In this document: one piece after another, positions 27,901 to 37,497 of the stretch
Layout of the letters: every line of letters starts with the position of its first letter
Position numbering within the stretch: position 1 is the stretch's first letter
NCBI GenBank assembly: GCA_965221385.1
Contig: OZ244885.1
Span: 2,709,314 to 2,773,313 of the forward strand
Direction: 5' to 3'
DNA from: Dehalococcoidia bacterium
GTDB lineage: Bacteria > Chloroflexota > Dehalococcoidia > Lucifugimonadales > UBA3495
DNA: 64,000 bases
The notes under the pieces: generated by a model
Databases searched by the model: none
What the model was told of the DNA's origin: nothing
Seen by the model: the letters and a program-made list of their open reading frames with translations, nothing else
Position numbers and translations under genes: made by a program

Positions 27901-30900
27901 TTGGATCTCTCCGTAAACGACGTGAGCGGGTCGATTCCCTCCGAGTTGGGTAACCTCTCAGCTCTCGAGGATTTGATACTGCGACACAACGATTTCACTG
28001 GGTCTATTCCAACCGAGCTGGGCAATCTCTCCAATCTCGATTATCTGGGCCTCGACTCCAACCACTTCAGTGGGTCAATACCCGAAGAGATTGGCAACCT
28101 GAGCAACCTGAGAGAAATTTTCCTCGCGCACAACGACTTCAGTGGCCCAATTCCCGCCAGGCTGGGCGATCTGTCAGAGTTGTTCATTCTTACTCTGAAC
28201 CACACCGATTTATCCGGATCGTTGCCGCCGCAACTCAGTAATTTGACCAAGTTGAACACCTTGTTCGTGCAGGTCACCCAACTTTCCGGCCCGATTCCTG
28301 CCACGTACACAAACTTGACCGCACTATCAAACTTCCACATTGTCAACACCGGCATCTGCATTCCCCCCGGGGATACGGCCCTGACCACATGGTATTCGGG
28401 CATCTTCTTTGTTCAGCCGACCACTGCCCCCATTTGCGGCCAGGTGACACCCACCCCGACGCCAACGGCAACGCCGGTACCTACGGACACGCCCACGCCA
28501 ACCCTGGCGCCGGTACCTACGGATACGCCAACACCATCCCCGGTACCTACGGACACGCCAACACCATCCCCGGTACCTACAGACACGCCCACGCCGGCTC
28601 CGACAGCGACTCCGGCCCCGACGGCCACGCCGACTCCGACAGGCACGCTCACGCCCACCCCCACGCCGGCGGCGCCAACGAGCGCGGACTTCACGGAGAC
28701 GGTGAATAGAGAGTACACGTGGCTACTGGTGAGTCAGTATCCGAGTCTGAGCGTATTCCCGTTTACGGCAGGAGGCGGAGCGACGCAGTTGTACCAGGTG
28801 GTGATCGAGACGCTGCCGGACAAGGGTACGCTGAGGCTGCGACCGGTTGCGGGGTCCCGGGCGATTGAGCGAGACGTGGGGCTGAACGAAGCCGTGGTGG
28901 TGGAAGAGGTTCAGAACAGCCGCAACCGACGGGGCCTGGCGTACTACCCGCCGGAAGATCCAGAGGGATCGACGGGAACGAGTTTCACGTTCAAGGTGAT
29001 AGGGTCGAACAGCAGCTACGGGAACTTGGTAACGTCTGTAGATACGTACACGGCGACGCTGGTGTATGGCAATAGTGTGACCGACTCGAGGCCGGTGTTC
29101 AACACGTTCTCGATAGCGAAGCAGACGTTCACGGTGGGACAGGCGGAGGACCGGGAGTTTGTGTGGTCGAACAGTGGCAACGGGAAGCTGAAGTACAGCA
29201 TCACGCCGGCATTGCCCAGTGGCCTGATTTACGATGGTGACGGACCTGACGACACGGGAGTGGACCAGGGACAGGCATCGGCGCCGAGGTTCACGGGAAC
29301 GCCATTGGTGGCATCGGCGGAGGCCACGTACACGGTTAAGGTAGAGGACACGGACAGCAACACCAGCGACGCGGACAGTCATTCGATTAGTTTCCAGTTG
29401 GAGGTATTGCCAGGGCCGACGCCGACACCGACAGCTACGCCCACGCCGACGCCCACACCGACGGTTACTCCCGCGCCAACACCGACAGACACGCCAACGC
29501 CGGCGCCCACACCTGCGCCGACCAATACGCCGACGCCGGTACCTACAGTCACGCCTACGCCTACCATCACGCCAACCCCGACGCCGGCTACGCCCACCAG
29601 CGAGGACTTCACGTGGCAGGTGAGCAGGCCCTTCACGTGGTTGCCGGTGAAGCGCGGCGGTGGCGCCTTCCCCTTCACCCCGGCGCCGGGCAGCCCAGCT
29701 GACCTCCTGTTTGCCGTCGTCATCGTGGATCTGCCGGCGGAGGGAAAGCTGACGAAGCGGGCCCTTGGCGATGAATCCGTTTTTGTCGAATACGACATTG
29801 AGGCCGGTCATTTCGAGAGAGGGCTTGTGAGGGTGGAAGATCTCCAAAGCATCCCGTTGAGGAGAGGCCTGGCTTACTACCCGCCTGACGTGTCCACATC
29901 GACCAGTACGACCTTCAACTTCAGGGTCATAGCCGCCGACCTTTATTGGCAGTACCAAACTTGGTCTGCTGAAACTTATACCGTTACGTTGGAGTTCACG
30001 GATACTGCTACGCCCACGCCCACTCCGACGGATACCCCGACGCCGACGCTGACGCCAATACCTACGGATACGCCAACGCCCACGCCGACGCCGGTACCGA
30101 CAGACACACCCACGCCCACTCCGACACTGGTACCGACGGCAACGCCAACGCTCACACCCACACCCACGCCGGCCACGCCCATCAGCGCGGACTTCGAGAA
30201 GGAGGTGAGGCGGGAGTACACTTGGCTACCGGTGAGTTGGACACCGTCCAACAGCGCCTTCCCCTTCACCGCTGGTGGTGGGACCACCCAGTTGTATGGG
30301 GTGAAGATAGTAACCCTGCCGTCGGAGGGCTCGCTGAAGCGGAGGCCGTTACCCGGATCTAGGGCGTCGGTAAGGGATGTCGCGGTGGGAGATGTGGTGC
30401 CGGTGGTGGAGGTGCAGAGCAGGCTTTCCCGGAGGGACCTGGCGTACTACCCGCCGGCGGACGTGAGCAGTTTGACGGGGACGAGCTTCACGTTCAAGGT
30501 GGTGGGTTCGGGCAGTGGTGGGTCGGGGAACCGGGTGGAGTCGGCGGCTACCTACACGGCGACGCTGAATTACCATTCTGACATCATAGACTCCCGTCCC
30601 GTACTGAACACGTTCTCAATAGCGAAGCAGACGTTCACGGTGGGACAGGCGGAGGACCGGGAGTTTGTGTGGTCCACCAGTGGCAACGGGAAGCTGAAGT
30701 ACAGCATCACCTCGGCGTTGCCCAGTGGCCTGATTTACGACGGGGATGGACCTGACGACACGGGAGTTGACCAGGGACAGGCATCGGCGCCGAGGTTCAC
30801 GGGAACGCCATTGGTGGCCTCGGCGGAGTCAACGTACACGGTGAAGGTGGAGGACACGGACAGCAACACCAGCGACGCAGACAGTCATTCGATTAGTTTC

Positions 30901-33900
30901 CAGTTGGAGGTATTGCCTGCTCCTCCGCCGACGCCCACGCCGACGCCCACCGCTACGGCAACCCCCACGCCGACGCCGACGCCGGTACCGAACGACTATG
31001 ACCGCGATGACGATGGTTACATCGAAGTCGCCAACCTCGCCCAGCTGAACGCCATTCGTTGGGATCTGGACGGCGACGGGGTGGTGGACGATACAGCCAA
31101 CAGTTCCCTTTACGCCGCCGCATATCCCAATCCCAAGTCTGGCATGGGCTGCAACGAGGACGAGACGCAGGTGTCCAGGCAGGTGTGCGAAGGCTACGAG
31201 CTCACCACCAACATGGACTTCGACACCAATGGCGACGGCAGGACCGACATAGCGGGTGATACCTATTGGAATGGTGGCGCGGGCTGGTTGCCCATCGGCG
31301 ACTACGTGGATGGGACCGACGATCACCCCTTCGAGGCGGTATTTGACGGCAACCGCCACACCATCAGCAATCTGTACATCAACCGTCCCACTCGGAAGGA
31401 CGTCGGGCTATTCGGGTTGGTTAAAGGTGGATTCCAGGCGTTCTTAAACCTGGGGTTGGAAGACGTCAATGTAGTTGGCGGCCAGCACACGGGCTCATTG
31501 GCCGGCGATGTAGAAGGTGGCTACATTAAGCACATCTATGCCACCGGTCAGGTTGAGAGCAAGGGTTCGTTCACCGATGGTTCTTACGCTGGCGGCCTGG
31601 TGGGGAAGCACTCGGGCAGCGAACTGATCGAAAGCTATTCCGAGGTCGATGTCGTTTCTGAGGGTGGCTCGGGCGGTCTGGTGGGCTACCTCCTGGGGTT
31701 CTCAACGATTCGGGGCAGTTACGCCGTTGGCAGTGTGGAAGGAGACTCCCATAGCGGCGGTCTGGTGGGAGACATCGAACAGAGCTTCATCGAACATAGC
31801 TATGCCACCGGTACCGTTACGGTCACCGGTTCGGACCAATACGCCGGTGGCATGGCCGGCCTAACAGACGGATCCGAGTTCAATTACGGCTACGCAGCTG
31901 GCGGAAGCTCCGGCACCCGGGCCGGAGGGGCAATAGGACTGCGATCCAGCAGTGAACAGAAGACAAGCCTGGCGCGCCTGCTCTACTGGGATACCGACTT
32001 GGGTCCCAAAACCAGCGCCCTGGGCAGTGGCAAAACCACCACGCAACTTCAGACGCCCACGTCGGCCACGGACATTTATACTACTTGGAACAGCCAGGGC
32101 GACAGGTGGGACTTCGGGACAACCACCGAGTATCCGGTTTTGAAGGCGGACCTGAACGGTGATGGTACGGCGACCTGGCAGGAATTCGGCGACCAGAGGC
32201 GTGCGCCCACACCGACGCCCACGCCCACGCCCACGGCCACGCCTACGCAGACCCCAACAGTAACGCCGGCGCCGACCGCCACTCCAGTACCGACGCCCAC
32301 GGCAACGCCGGCCCCGACAGCGACTCCGGCCCCGACGGCTACGCTCACGCCTACACCTACGCCGGCGACGCCCAGCAGCGCGGACTTCGAGAAGGAGGTG
32401 AGGCGGGAGTACACCTGGTTGCCGGTGAGTTGGACGCCGTCCAACAGCGCCTTCCCCTTCACGCCTGGCGGTGGAACGACCCAGTTGTATGGAGTGAAGA
32501 TAGTAACGCTGCCGGATGAGGGGTCGTTGAAGCGGAGACCGGTACCCGGATCAAGGGCGTCGGTGGTTGATGTTTCCGTGGGCGATACGGTGGTGGTGTT
32601 GGAGTTTCAGAGCCGGCTTGCCCGGAGGGACCTGGCGTACTACCCGCCGGCGGACGTGAGCAGTTCAACTGGGACGAGTTTCACGTTCAAGGTGGTGGGA
32701 TCGGGCAGTAATGGATTGGGGAACAAGGTGGAGTCGGCGGATACTTACACGGCAACGCTGAAGTACCATTCTGACATCATAGACTCGAGGCCGGTGTTCA
32801 ACACGTTCTCGATAGCGAAGCAGACGTTCACGGTGGGACAGGCGGAGGACCGGGAGTTCGTGTGGTCCACCAGTGGCAACGGGAAGCTGAAGTACAGCAT
32901 CACGCCGGCGTTGCCCAGTGGCCTGATTTACGATGGTGACGGGCCTGACGACACCGGAGTTGATCAGGGACAGGCATCGTCGCCCAGGTTCACGGGAACG
33001 CCATTGGTGGCATCGGCAGAGTCAACGTACACGGTGAAGGTGGAGGACACGGACAGCAACACCAGCGACGCAGACAGTCATTCCATTAGTTTCCAGTTGG
33101 AGGTATTGCCAGGGCCTACGCCAACACCCACGAACACGCCAGAGCCGACCAACACGCCGGTACCGACTGCCACGCCAACCGATACACCCACGCCCACGCC
33201 TACGGACACTCCGACGCCATCGCCAACCCCGACGGATACGCCAACCCCGACGGCCACGCCAGTACCGACCGCGACGCCGACGGATACGCCCACGCCCACG
33301 CCGGCGACGCCCAGCAGTGCGGACTTTGAGAAGGAGGTGAGGCGGGAGTACACGTGGCTGCCGGTGAGTTGGACGCCGTCCAACAGCGCCTTCCCCTTCA
33401 CGCCTGGCGGTGGAACGACCCAGTTGTATGGAGTGAAGATAGTAACGCTGCCGGATGAGGGGTCGTTGAAGCGGAGACCGGTACCCGGATCAAGGGCGTC
33501 GGTGGTTGATGTTTCCGTGGGCGATACGGTGGTGGTGTTGGAGTTTCAGAGCCGGCTTGCCCGGAGGGACCTGGCCTACTACCCGCCGGCGGACGTGAGC
33601 AGTTCAACTGGGACTAGTTTCACCTTCAAGGTGGTGGGATCGGGCAGTGGTGGATCGGGGAACAAGGTGGAGTCGGCGGATACGTACACGGCGACGCTGA
33701 AGTACCATTCTGACATAATAGACTCGCGTCCGTTGTTCAACACGTTCTCAATAGCGAAGCAGACGTTCACGGTGGGGCAGGCGGAGGACCGGGAGTTCGT
33801 GTGGTCGAACAGTGGCAACGGGAAACTGAAGTACAGCATCACGCCGGCATTGCCCAGTGGGCTGATTTACGACGGGGACGGACCTGACGACACCGGAGTG

Positions 33901-36276
33901 GATCAGGGACAGGCATCGTCGCCGAGGTTCACGGGAACGCCATTGGTGGCATCGGCGGAGTCAACGTACACGGTGAAGGTGGAGGACACGGACAGCAACA
34001 CCAGCGACGCGGACAGCCATTCCATTAGTTTCCAGTTGGAGGTATTGCCAGGGCCGACCCCGACACCCACGAACACGCCAGAGCCGACCAACACGCCGGT
34101 ACCGACTGCCACGCCAACCGATACACCCACGCCAACGCCGACGGATACTCCGACGCCGACTCCGACGGATACGCCCACGCCGACTCCGACGGATACGCCC
34201 ACGCCGACTCCGACGGATACGCCCACGCCGACGCCGACGGATACTCCGACGCCGACTCCGACGGATACGCCCACGCCGACTCCGACGGATACGCCCACGC
34301 CGACGCCGACGGATACGCCCACGCCGACGCCGACGGATACGCCCACGCCGACTCCGACGGATACGCCCACGCCGACGCCGACGGATACGCCCACGCCGAC
34401 GCCGACGGATACGCCCACGCCGACTCCGACGGATACTCCGACGCCGACGCCAACGGATACCCCGACGCCAACGCCGACGGATACCCCGACGCCAACGCCG
34501 ACGGATACGCCCACGCCAACACCGACGGATACTCCGACGCCGACTCCGACGGATACGCCCACGCCGACTCCGACGGATACGCCGACGCCGACACCGACGG
34601 ATACGCCGACGCCGACACCGACGGATACGCCGACGCCGACACCGACGGATACGCCGACGCCAACGCCGACGGATACGCCGACGCCAACGCCGACGGATAC
34701 TCCGACGCCAACGCCGACGGATACTCCGACACCAACGCCGACGGATACCCCGACGCCGACACCGACGGATACTCCGACGCCAACGCCGACGGATGCGCCG
34801 ACTGCGACGCCGGAGCCGACGGTACCCCCGACAGCGACGCCGGAGCCGACGGTACCCCCGACAGCGACGCCGGAGCCGACGGTACCCCCGACGGCCACGC
34901 CGGAGCCGACGGTACCCCCGACGGCCACGCCGGAGCCGACGGTACCCCCGACGAACACGCCGGCACCGACTGCGACGCCAGATCCGACGAACACGCCGGC
35001 ACCGACTGCGACACCTGATCCGACGAACACGCCGGCACCGACTGCGACGCCTGATCCGACGAACACGCCGGCACCGACTGTGACACCTGATCCGACGAAC
35101 ACGCCGGCACCGACTGCGACGCCTGATCCGACGAACACGCCGGCACCGACTGCGACGCCTGATCCGACGAACACGCCGGCACCGACTGCGACGCCTGATC
35201 CGACGAACACGCCGGCACCGACTGCGACACCTGATCCGACGAACACGCCGGCACCGACTGCGACACCTGATCCGACGAACACGCCGGCACCGACTGCGAC
35301 ACCTGATCCGACGAACACGCCGGCACCGACTGCGACGCCTGATCCGACGAACACGCCGGCACCGACTGCGACGCCTGATCCGACGAACACGCCCGCACCC
35401 ACGGCCACACCGGCACCCACTTCGGCGCCGACGGCCACGCCTGGCTCGGGGTCGCCTGATCCGACGAACACGCCGGTGCCGACGAACACGCCCGCACCCA
35501 CAGCCACTAACGTGCCGACGCCGACGCCGGACGACGACGATGATGATGACCGCAGAGACCCACCAACAAGGCCCGGTCCCATATCGCCGCCGGTATCGCA
35601 GCCTACCAGCACGCCACGTCCTGCGCCGTCGGTCGTTCCGACGCCAACCAGCCTGGTTCCTACGGCCACGCCCGCCAGCGTAGCCCCGACGACTACGCCG
35701 ACCGGTCAGTCGCCCACACCTCCGGCCACGGCGGGACTGACGCCAACACCAACCCAGGTGGGGCAACCGGTGACGGCTGAGCCTCCGGTGACGTTGGCGC
35801 CAACCGATAACACCCCCACTCCCACGGGAGACGGTAGCGGTAACGGAGGCGTTGGCACCGTCACGCCAACCCCAACGCCAACTCCAATCCCGTCCTCCTT
35901 GGGAGTCGAAATTACGACGCCCGTACCCATGCCCGCCATAACCGTAATCGTTCCGCCGAATGTCCGGGCAACTGAACTGACATCGTCAGCCACCCTTGCC
36001 CAAACGCCGACGGCAACTGTTACTCCCACACCGGCCATTCCGGCGCCGCCAACAATTGCAATTTCGCCCATACAGACTCCGGGCCCACCGGCCCAAACGC
36101 CCAGCATATTGCTGCCGGACATTCCTCTGATTGGCGCAGCCGTGGAACGGGGACGAGAGACCATCCGGTCCGCCGTGGCAACGCCACGTCAACGCATCAC
36201 GCTGGTCACTTCCCTTCTCATCATGGGCTTGCTGGCGGCAATAGTGTTCGCGTACCTGGTCTGGCGCCGACGTTAG
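24901..36276 (+). CDS. Giant (3,791 aa) modular cell-surface protein: signal/TM, 2x GLUG-repeat domain, LRR, 6x cadherin-like/Ig-like module, PT linkers, C-terminal TM anchor
   Basis: Single uninterrupted ORF starting at GTG. N-terminal [21 protein letters not shown] and C-terminal [26 protein letters not shown]. Domain evidence is listed in the sub-features. Confidence 0.9.
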   Translation: MTKSPYPALVVIAVLAAVAYLIFALPLRAEQTAPGLPQPRGPMQVAVDYDSDDDGLIDVANLAQLNGIRWDLDGDGSVDDAQNSANYAAAFPNAANGMGCNEDEALLVDRVCEGYELTADLNFDTNDNGMADAGDTYWNGGAGWLPIGEYVDGTNDLPFMARFDGGRHTISNLFINRPSADDVGLFGFARTGSSFQKLGLEDVDVTGGEDTGSLAGDVQNGYIKHVYATGEVANNSSFPNGPYAGGLVGKLAGSELYESYTDVEVSSDGYSGGLVGYLSVLSDIRVSYALGDVEGEYHSGGLVGFMHGSEIINTYATGTVTALGTQSPGGFVGHVDSVELRNSYAANQVMGPLASLLLGVAGSWNFNEQVASVHEEVYWDTTIGPQTSILGTGLTTAEMQSPGLNTHNFWSASIWDFGTASEYPVLKADLDGDGTATWQEFGDQRPTQTPTPTPTPTSTPTDTPTPVPTDTPTPVPTDTPTPVPTDTPTPVPTDTPTPVPTDTPTPVPTDTPTPVPTDTPTPVPTDTPTPVPTDTPTPVPTDTPTPVPTDTPTPVPTDTPTPAPTAAPTVTPVPTATPTPTTPTSADFTREVKREYTWLRVSWTPSQSAFPFTPGGGTTQLYGVKIVTLPLEGTLRLRPVSGSGALERNVIADETVPVEEVQSGINRRGLAYYPPSDVTSSTWTSFTFKVVGSNSGGSGTQVESAATYTATLTFDDEIIDSRPVFNALSIAKQTFTVGQAVNDEFVWSNSGNGKLKYSITPTLPSGLIYDGDGPDDSGVDQGRTSAPRFTGTPLVASAEATYTVRVDDTDSNTSDADSFSVSFQLEVLAAPTPVPTATPVPTDTPTPVPTDTPTPVPTDTPTPVPTDTPTPTPTDTPTPVPTDTPTPVPTDTPTPVPTDTPTPVPTDTPTPTPTLAPTDTPTPTPTTSLDTDKEALRALYNATDGDNWTNNSGWDFNTPLSSAWHGVTVSNGRVTKLELINNSLDGSLPAKLGDLSKLELLDLSVNDVSGSIPSELGNLSALEDLILRHNDFTGSIPTELGNLSNLDYLGLDSNHFSGSIPEEIGNLSNLREIFLAHNDFSGPIPARLGDLSELFILTLNHTDLSGSLPPQLSNLTKLNTLFVQVTQLSGPIPATYTNLTALSNFHIVNTGICIPPGDTALTTWYSGIFFVQPTTAPICGQVTPTPTPTATPVPTDTPTPTLAPVPTDTPTPSPVPTDTPTPSPVPTDTPTPAPTATPAPTATPTPTGTLTPTPTPAAPTSADFTETVNREYTWLLVSQYPSLSVFPFTAGGGATQLYQVVIETLPDKGTLRLRPVAGSRAIERDVGLNEAVVVEEVQNSRNRRGLAYYPPEDPEGSTGTSFTFKVIGSNSSYGNLVTSVDTYTATLVYGNSVTDSRPVFNTFSIAKQTFTVGQAEDREFVWSNSGNGKLKYSITPALPSGLIYDGDGPDDTGVDQGQASAPRFTGTPLVASAEATYTVKVEDTDSNTSDADSHSISFQLEVLPGPTPTPTATPTPTPTPTVTPAPTPTDTPTPAPTPAPTNTPTPVPTVTPTPTITPTPTPATPTSEDFTWQVSRPFTWLPVKRGGGAFPFTPAPGSPADLLFAVVIVDLPAEGKLTKRALGDESVFVEYDIEAGHFERGLVRVEDLQSIPLRRGLAYYPPDVSTSTSTTFNFRVIAADLYWQYQTWSAETYTVTLEFTDTATPTPTPTDTPTPTLTPIPTDTPTPTPTPVPTDTPTPTPTLVPTATPTLTPTPTPATPISADFEKEVRREYTWLPVSWTPSNSAFPFTAGGGTTQLYGVKIVTLPSEGSLKRRPLPGSRASVRDVAVGDVVPVVEVQSRLSRRDLAYYPPADVSSLTGTSFTFKVVGSGSGGSGNRVESAATYTATLNYHSDIIDSRPVLNTFSIAKQTFTVGQAEDREFVWSTSGNGKLKYSITSALPSGLIYDGDGPDDTGVDQGQASAPRFTGTPLVASAESTYTVKVEDTDSNTSDADSHSISFQLEVLPAPPPTPTPTPTATATPTPTPTPVPNDYDRDDDGYIEVANLAQLNAIRWDLDGDGVVDDTANSSLYAAAYPNPKSGMGCNEDETQVSRQVCEGYELTTNMDFDTNGDGRTDIAGDTYWNGGAGWLPIGDYVDGTDDHPFEAVFDGNRHTISNLYINRPTRKDVGLFGLVKGGFQAFLNLGLEDVNVVGGQHTGSLAGDVEGGYIKHIYATGQVESKGSFTDGSYAGGLVGKHSGSELIESYSEVDVVSEGGSGGLVGYLLGFSTIRGSYAVGSVEGDSHSGGLVGDIEQSFIEHSYATGTVTVTGSDQYAGGMAGLTDGSEFNYGYAAGGSSGTRAGGAIGLRSSSEQKTSLARLLYWDTDLGPKTSALGSGKTTTQLQTPTSATDIYTTWNSQGDRWDFGTTTEYPVLKADLNGDGTATWQEFGDQRRAPTPTPTPTPTATPTQTPTVTPAPTATPVPTPTATPAPTATPAPTATLTPTPTPATPSSADFEKEVRREYTWLPVSWTPSNSAFPFTPGGGTTQLYGVKIVTLPDEGSLKRRPVPGSRASVVDVSVGDTVVVLEFQSRLARRDLAYYPPADVSSSTGTSFTFKVVGSGSNGLGNKVESADTYTATLKYHSDIIDSRPVFNTFSIAKQTFTVGQAEDREFVWSTSGNGKLKYSITPALPSGLIYDGDGPDDTGVDQGQASSPRFTGTPLVASAESTYTVKVEDTDSNTSDADSHSISFQLEVLPGPTPTPTNTPEPTNTPVPTATPTDTPTPTPTDTPTPSPTPTDTPTPTATPVPTATPTDTPTPTPATPSSADFEKEVRREYTWLPVSWTPSNSAFPFTPGGGTTQLYGVKIVTLPDEGSLKRRPVPGSRASVVDVSVGDTVVVLEFQSRLARRDLAYYPPADVSSSTGTSFTFKVVGSGSGGSGNKVESADTYTATLKYHSDIIDSRPLFNTFSIAKQTFTVGQAEDREFVWSNSGNGKLKYSITPALPSGLIYDGDGPDDTGVDQGQASSPRFTGTPLVASAESTYTVKVEDTDSNTSDADSHSISFQLEVLPGPTPTPTNTPEPTNTPVPTATPTDTPTPTPTDTPTPTPTDTPTPTPTDTPTPTPTDTPTPTPTDTPTPTPTDTPTPTPTDTPTPTPTDTPTPTPTDTPTPTPTDTPTPTPTDTPTPTPTDTPTPTPTDTPTPTPTDTPTPTPTDTPTPTPTDTPTPTPTDTPTPTPTDTPTPTPTDTPTPTPTDTPTPTPTDTPTPTPTDTPTPTPTDTPTPTPTDTPTPTPTDTPTPTPTDTPTPTPTDTPTPTPTDAPTATPEPTVPPTATPEPTVPPTATPEPTVPPTATPEPTVPPTATPEPTVPPTNTPAPTATPDPTNTPAPTATPDPTNTPAPTATPDPTNTPAPTVTPDPTNTPAPTATPDPTNTPAPTATPDPTNTPAPTATPDPTNTPAPTATPDPTNTPAPTATPDPTNTPAPTATPDPTNTPAPTATPDPTNTPAPTATPDPTNTPAPTATPAPTSAPTATPGSGSPDPTNTPVPTNTPAPTATNVPTPTPDDDDDDDRRDPPTRPGPISPPVSQPTSTPRPAPSVVPTPTSLVPTATPASVAPTTTPTGQSPTPPATAGLTPTPTQVGQPVTAEPPVTLAPTDNTPTPTGDGSGNGGVGTVTPTPTPTPIPSSLGVEITTPVPMPAITVIVPPNVRATELTSSATLAQTPTATVTPTPAIPAPPTIAISPIQTPGPPAQTPSILLPDIPLIGAAVERGRETIRSAVATPRQRITLVTSLLIMGLLAAIVFAYLVWRRR
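25042..26235 (+). other. Giant protein domain: Asp-rich Ca-binding-like loops + GLUG-motif repeat (copy 1)
   Basis: [12 protein letters not shown]...[11 protein letters not shown]. Repeated GGLVG/GGFVG units ([32 protein letters not shown]). Ends with [22 protein letters not shown]. Confidence 0.7.
26281..26592 (+). repeat. In-frame 24-bp tandem array, 13 units (TDTPTPVP)
   Basis: Units counted directly from ACGGACACGCCGACACCGGTTCCG. Only 1-2 synonymous differences per unit. Confidence 0.95.
26653..27384 (+). other. Module R1 (244 aa): cadherin-like beta-sandwich half + putative Ig (He_PIG/dystroglycan-type) half
   Basis: [15 protein letters not shown]...[17 protein letters not shown]...LAYYPPSDV...SFTFKVVGS, then [11 protein letters not shown]...[18 protein letters not shown]...[22 protein letters not shown]. 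Confidence 0.6.
27424..27639 (+). repeat. In-frame 24-bp tandem array, 9 units (TDTPTP[V/T]P)
   Basis: Same unit as array 26281-26592, counted directly. Confidence 0.95.
27682..28446 (+). other. Plant-specific-type leucine-rich repeat cassette with LRRNT-like cap
   Basis: Cap is [21 protein letters not shown]...[16 protein letters not shown]. About eight 24-residue repeats follow, of the form LxxLxxLxLxxNxxSGSIPxELGN. Confidence 0.8.
28681..29409 (+). other. Module R2 (243 aa)
   Basis: [17 protein letters not shown]...[15 protein letters not shown]...LAYYPPEDP...FTFKVIGS plus the Ig-like half. Confidence 0.6.
29599..30003 (+). other. Module R3: divergent, truncated (first half only, 135 aa)
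   Basis: [17 protein letters not shown]...[15 protein letters not shown]...[11 protein letters not shown]...FNFRVIAAD. The Ig-like half is absent. Confidence 0.55.
30184..30915 (+). other. Module R4 (244 aa)
   Basis: [56 protein letters not shown]... plus the Ig-like half. Confidence 0.6.
30991..32199 (+). other. Asp-rich loops + GLUG-motif repeat domain (copy 2)
   Basis: [13 protein letters not shown]...[11 protein letters not shown], then [32 protein letters not shown], ending in [22 protein letters not shown]. Clearly a paralog of copy 1 but diverged. Confidence 0.7.
32377..33108 (+). other. Module R5 (244 aa)
   Basis: Same bipartite module. Nearly identical to R6. Confidence 0.6.
33316..34047 (+). 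other. Module R6 (244 aa)
   Basis: Offset exactly 939 bp from R5. Only a handful of amino-acid differences (NGLG/GGSG, PVFN/PLFN, STSG/SNSG). Confidence 0.6.
34117..34788 (+). repeat. In-frame 24-bp tandem array, 28 units (TDTPTPTP)
   Basis: 672 bp divided by 24, counted from the sequence. Units differ only at synonymous third positions and occur in runs of identical variants. Confidence 0.93.
34801..34950 (+). repeat. In-frame 30-bp tandem array, 5 units ([10 protein letters not shown])
   Basis: AC(T/A/G)GC(G/C)ACGCCGGAGCCGACGGTACCCCCG repeated five times. Confidence 0.93.
34951..35418 (+). repeat. In-frame 36-bp tandem array, 12 units + 1 degenerate ([12 protein letters not shown])
   Basis: ACGAACACGCCGGCACCGACTGCGAC(G/A)CC(T/A)GATCCG repeated. 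One unit has a TVTP variant. Confidence 0.93.
35530..36276 (+). other. C-terminal region: Asp7 run, about 215 aa of Pro/Thr/Ala-rich low complexity, TM helix (36196-36264), RRR tail
   Basis: [12 protein letters not shown], then PT-rich non-repetitive sequence, then [26 protein letters not shown]-stop. Confidence 0.8.
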
Positions 36277-36330
36277 CGCGGCATCAAGCCAGGAAAGCCA
36301 GGGAGGCTGAAGGGGCGAATGCAGAACACC

Positions 36331-36377
36331 GAAGAGGGTTCGATAAGCCTGCATAGACAGGATCTCGAACCCTCTTC
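36331..36377 (+). terminator. 13-bp perfect-stem hairpin downstream of the giant gene
   Basis: GAAGAGGGTTCGA-(21 nt)-TCGAACCCTCTTC. No U-tract and a large loop, so weak as an intrinsic terminator. Confidence 0.3.
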
Positions 36378-36551
36378 AGCTTCGGGTCTGGATTGGATTG
36401 GGGGAAGCCGGTTACCTACAGCCCTCCGCCGTATTCAGCTGGGCGGCAGGTTAGAAGCGGCGGCAGGATCCCAGGCTGGCCGGTGGTGACGGGTCGGTGG
36501 TGGTAGGTCTGAATTGGTTGGTTGGTGGCGCTTGGCCGGCGAAGCCCGACT

Positions 36552-37436
36552 TTACTGGTTCTCTCCGGCGGCCAACCGGTGGCCGTCCAGGTATCTTCTC
36601 ACCGAAGCTAGAACCAGGTCAGGATACTCCATGGCCACAAAGTGGGAACCTGTTGGCAGCGTTTCCATGGTCGCCCCCTGAACCTCCTGCAGGAAGTATC
36701 CGATTTCCTCACTGGCGCGGGCGGTCTCATCCGGGTAGTTTCCCGTATCTCCCAGCAACAGCAGGTATTGCCCCGAAAGCCCCTTGAGATAGGGCGTGGG
36801 GTCCAGGGCATGCCGGGCCTCGTAGTAGATGGCTTCCACCTCGGTGGGACATTTGAGCTCGGCCCGGCCATCTTCCAGCAGGCGAGTCCCGCCATCGATG
36901 TAATCCCTGACGGAATCGTCGGTCCAGGTGCTGAAGACCCGTCGGTTGCGATAGGCATCGTACATAACCTGGCGCGAGTCCCATATTGCCCGCTTATTGC
37001 GGGTCCGGTTCATCCTTTCCTCCCGCACCTCGGGACTGTAAACCTCCAGGGCCGGCCCGACTCTGGTATCCACCAGCACCGCCGGGCCAATGAGGCCGGG
37101 GGCCATGCAATTGGCGATCATCAGGGTCATGCCACCGGCCGAATGGCCGACAGCGTAGGGCGGCTGCGGGGAGTCCAGGGTTTTGACCAACCCAACCACG
37201 TCCTCGGCCATCTTCTCGAAGGTGTAATCGCCTGGCTTGTCGCTATCGCCATGCCCCCGCAGGTCCAGGGAGAAGACGTAGTAGTCGCGGGCCAGGTCCT
37301 CGGCCAGCGGCCGCCATACCATCGAGCATAGGCCGATGCCATGGGTCATCAGCAATAGGGGATTGTCCGGGTTGCCCCAGGTGAGGCCGTGCAGGGTAAT
37401 GCCGTTGCTCTGGACGTATCTGCTGGTTGGTTCCAA
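36552..37436 (-). CDS. Alpha/beta hydrolase
   Basis: LLLMTHGIG oxyanion region and VGHSAGG nucleophile elbow. Start set to TTG 37436 after GGAGG. The ORF-track extension overlaps the upstream gene. Confidence 0.8.
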   Translation of the reverse strand: MEPTSRYVQSNGITLHGLTWGNPDNPLLLMTHGIGLCSMVWRPLAEDLARDYYVFSLDLRGHGDSDKPGDYTFEKMAEDVVGLVKTLDSPQPPYAVGHSAGGMTLMIANCMAPGLIGPAVLVDTRVGPALEVYSPEVREERMNRTRNKRAIWDSRQVMYDAYRNRRVFSTWTDDSVRDYIDGGTRLLEDGRAELKCPTEVEAIYYEARHALDPTPYLKGLSGQYLLLLGDTGNYPDETARASEEIGYFLQEVQGATMETLPTGSHFVAMEYPDLVLASVRRYLDGHRLAAGENQ

Positions 37437-37497
37437 GTATTCCTCCGTTGGTTGGCGACGGCCAGGGGTGACCGGCTGCGAATGGTCTGCAAGTAGT

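Larger units (their letters stand above)
32365..34144 (+). repeat. Near-identical 939-bp tandem segmental duplication (module + linker) inside the giant gene
   Basis: GCGACGCCCAGCAG...GAGGTGAGGCGGGAGTACAC occurs at 32365 and 33304. Similarity continues through the linker start (CCAGGGCC.AC.CC.ACACCCACGAACACGCCAGAGCCGACCAACACGCCGGTACCGACTGCCACGCCAACCGATACACCCACGCC). Confidence 0.9.

Noticed and set aside
32365-34144. A diversity-generating retroelement template/variable-repeat pair, given two near-identical repeats in a surface protein.
   Set aside because: No reverse transcriptase gene is in the window. The few differences between the copies are not confined to adenine positions, and both copies are in-frame parts of the same ORF.
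34117-35418. Strict short-period repetition that could suggest a CRISPR array.
   Set aside because: The units are directly contiguous with no spacers. The periods are 24, 30 and 36 bp, all in frame inside a long ORF encoding Pro/Thr linkers. No cas genes or leader are present.
33903-35766. Very long minus-strand ORFs (588, 601 and 490 aa) rich in GVGVSVG, RRR and SAS repeats, plus similar ones at 26055-26894 and 27204-27795.
   Set aside because: These are mirror-frame artefacts of the PT-repeat DNA. They have no start context, lie entirely within the giant plus-strand ORF, and consist of low-complexity sequence dictated by the sense codons.
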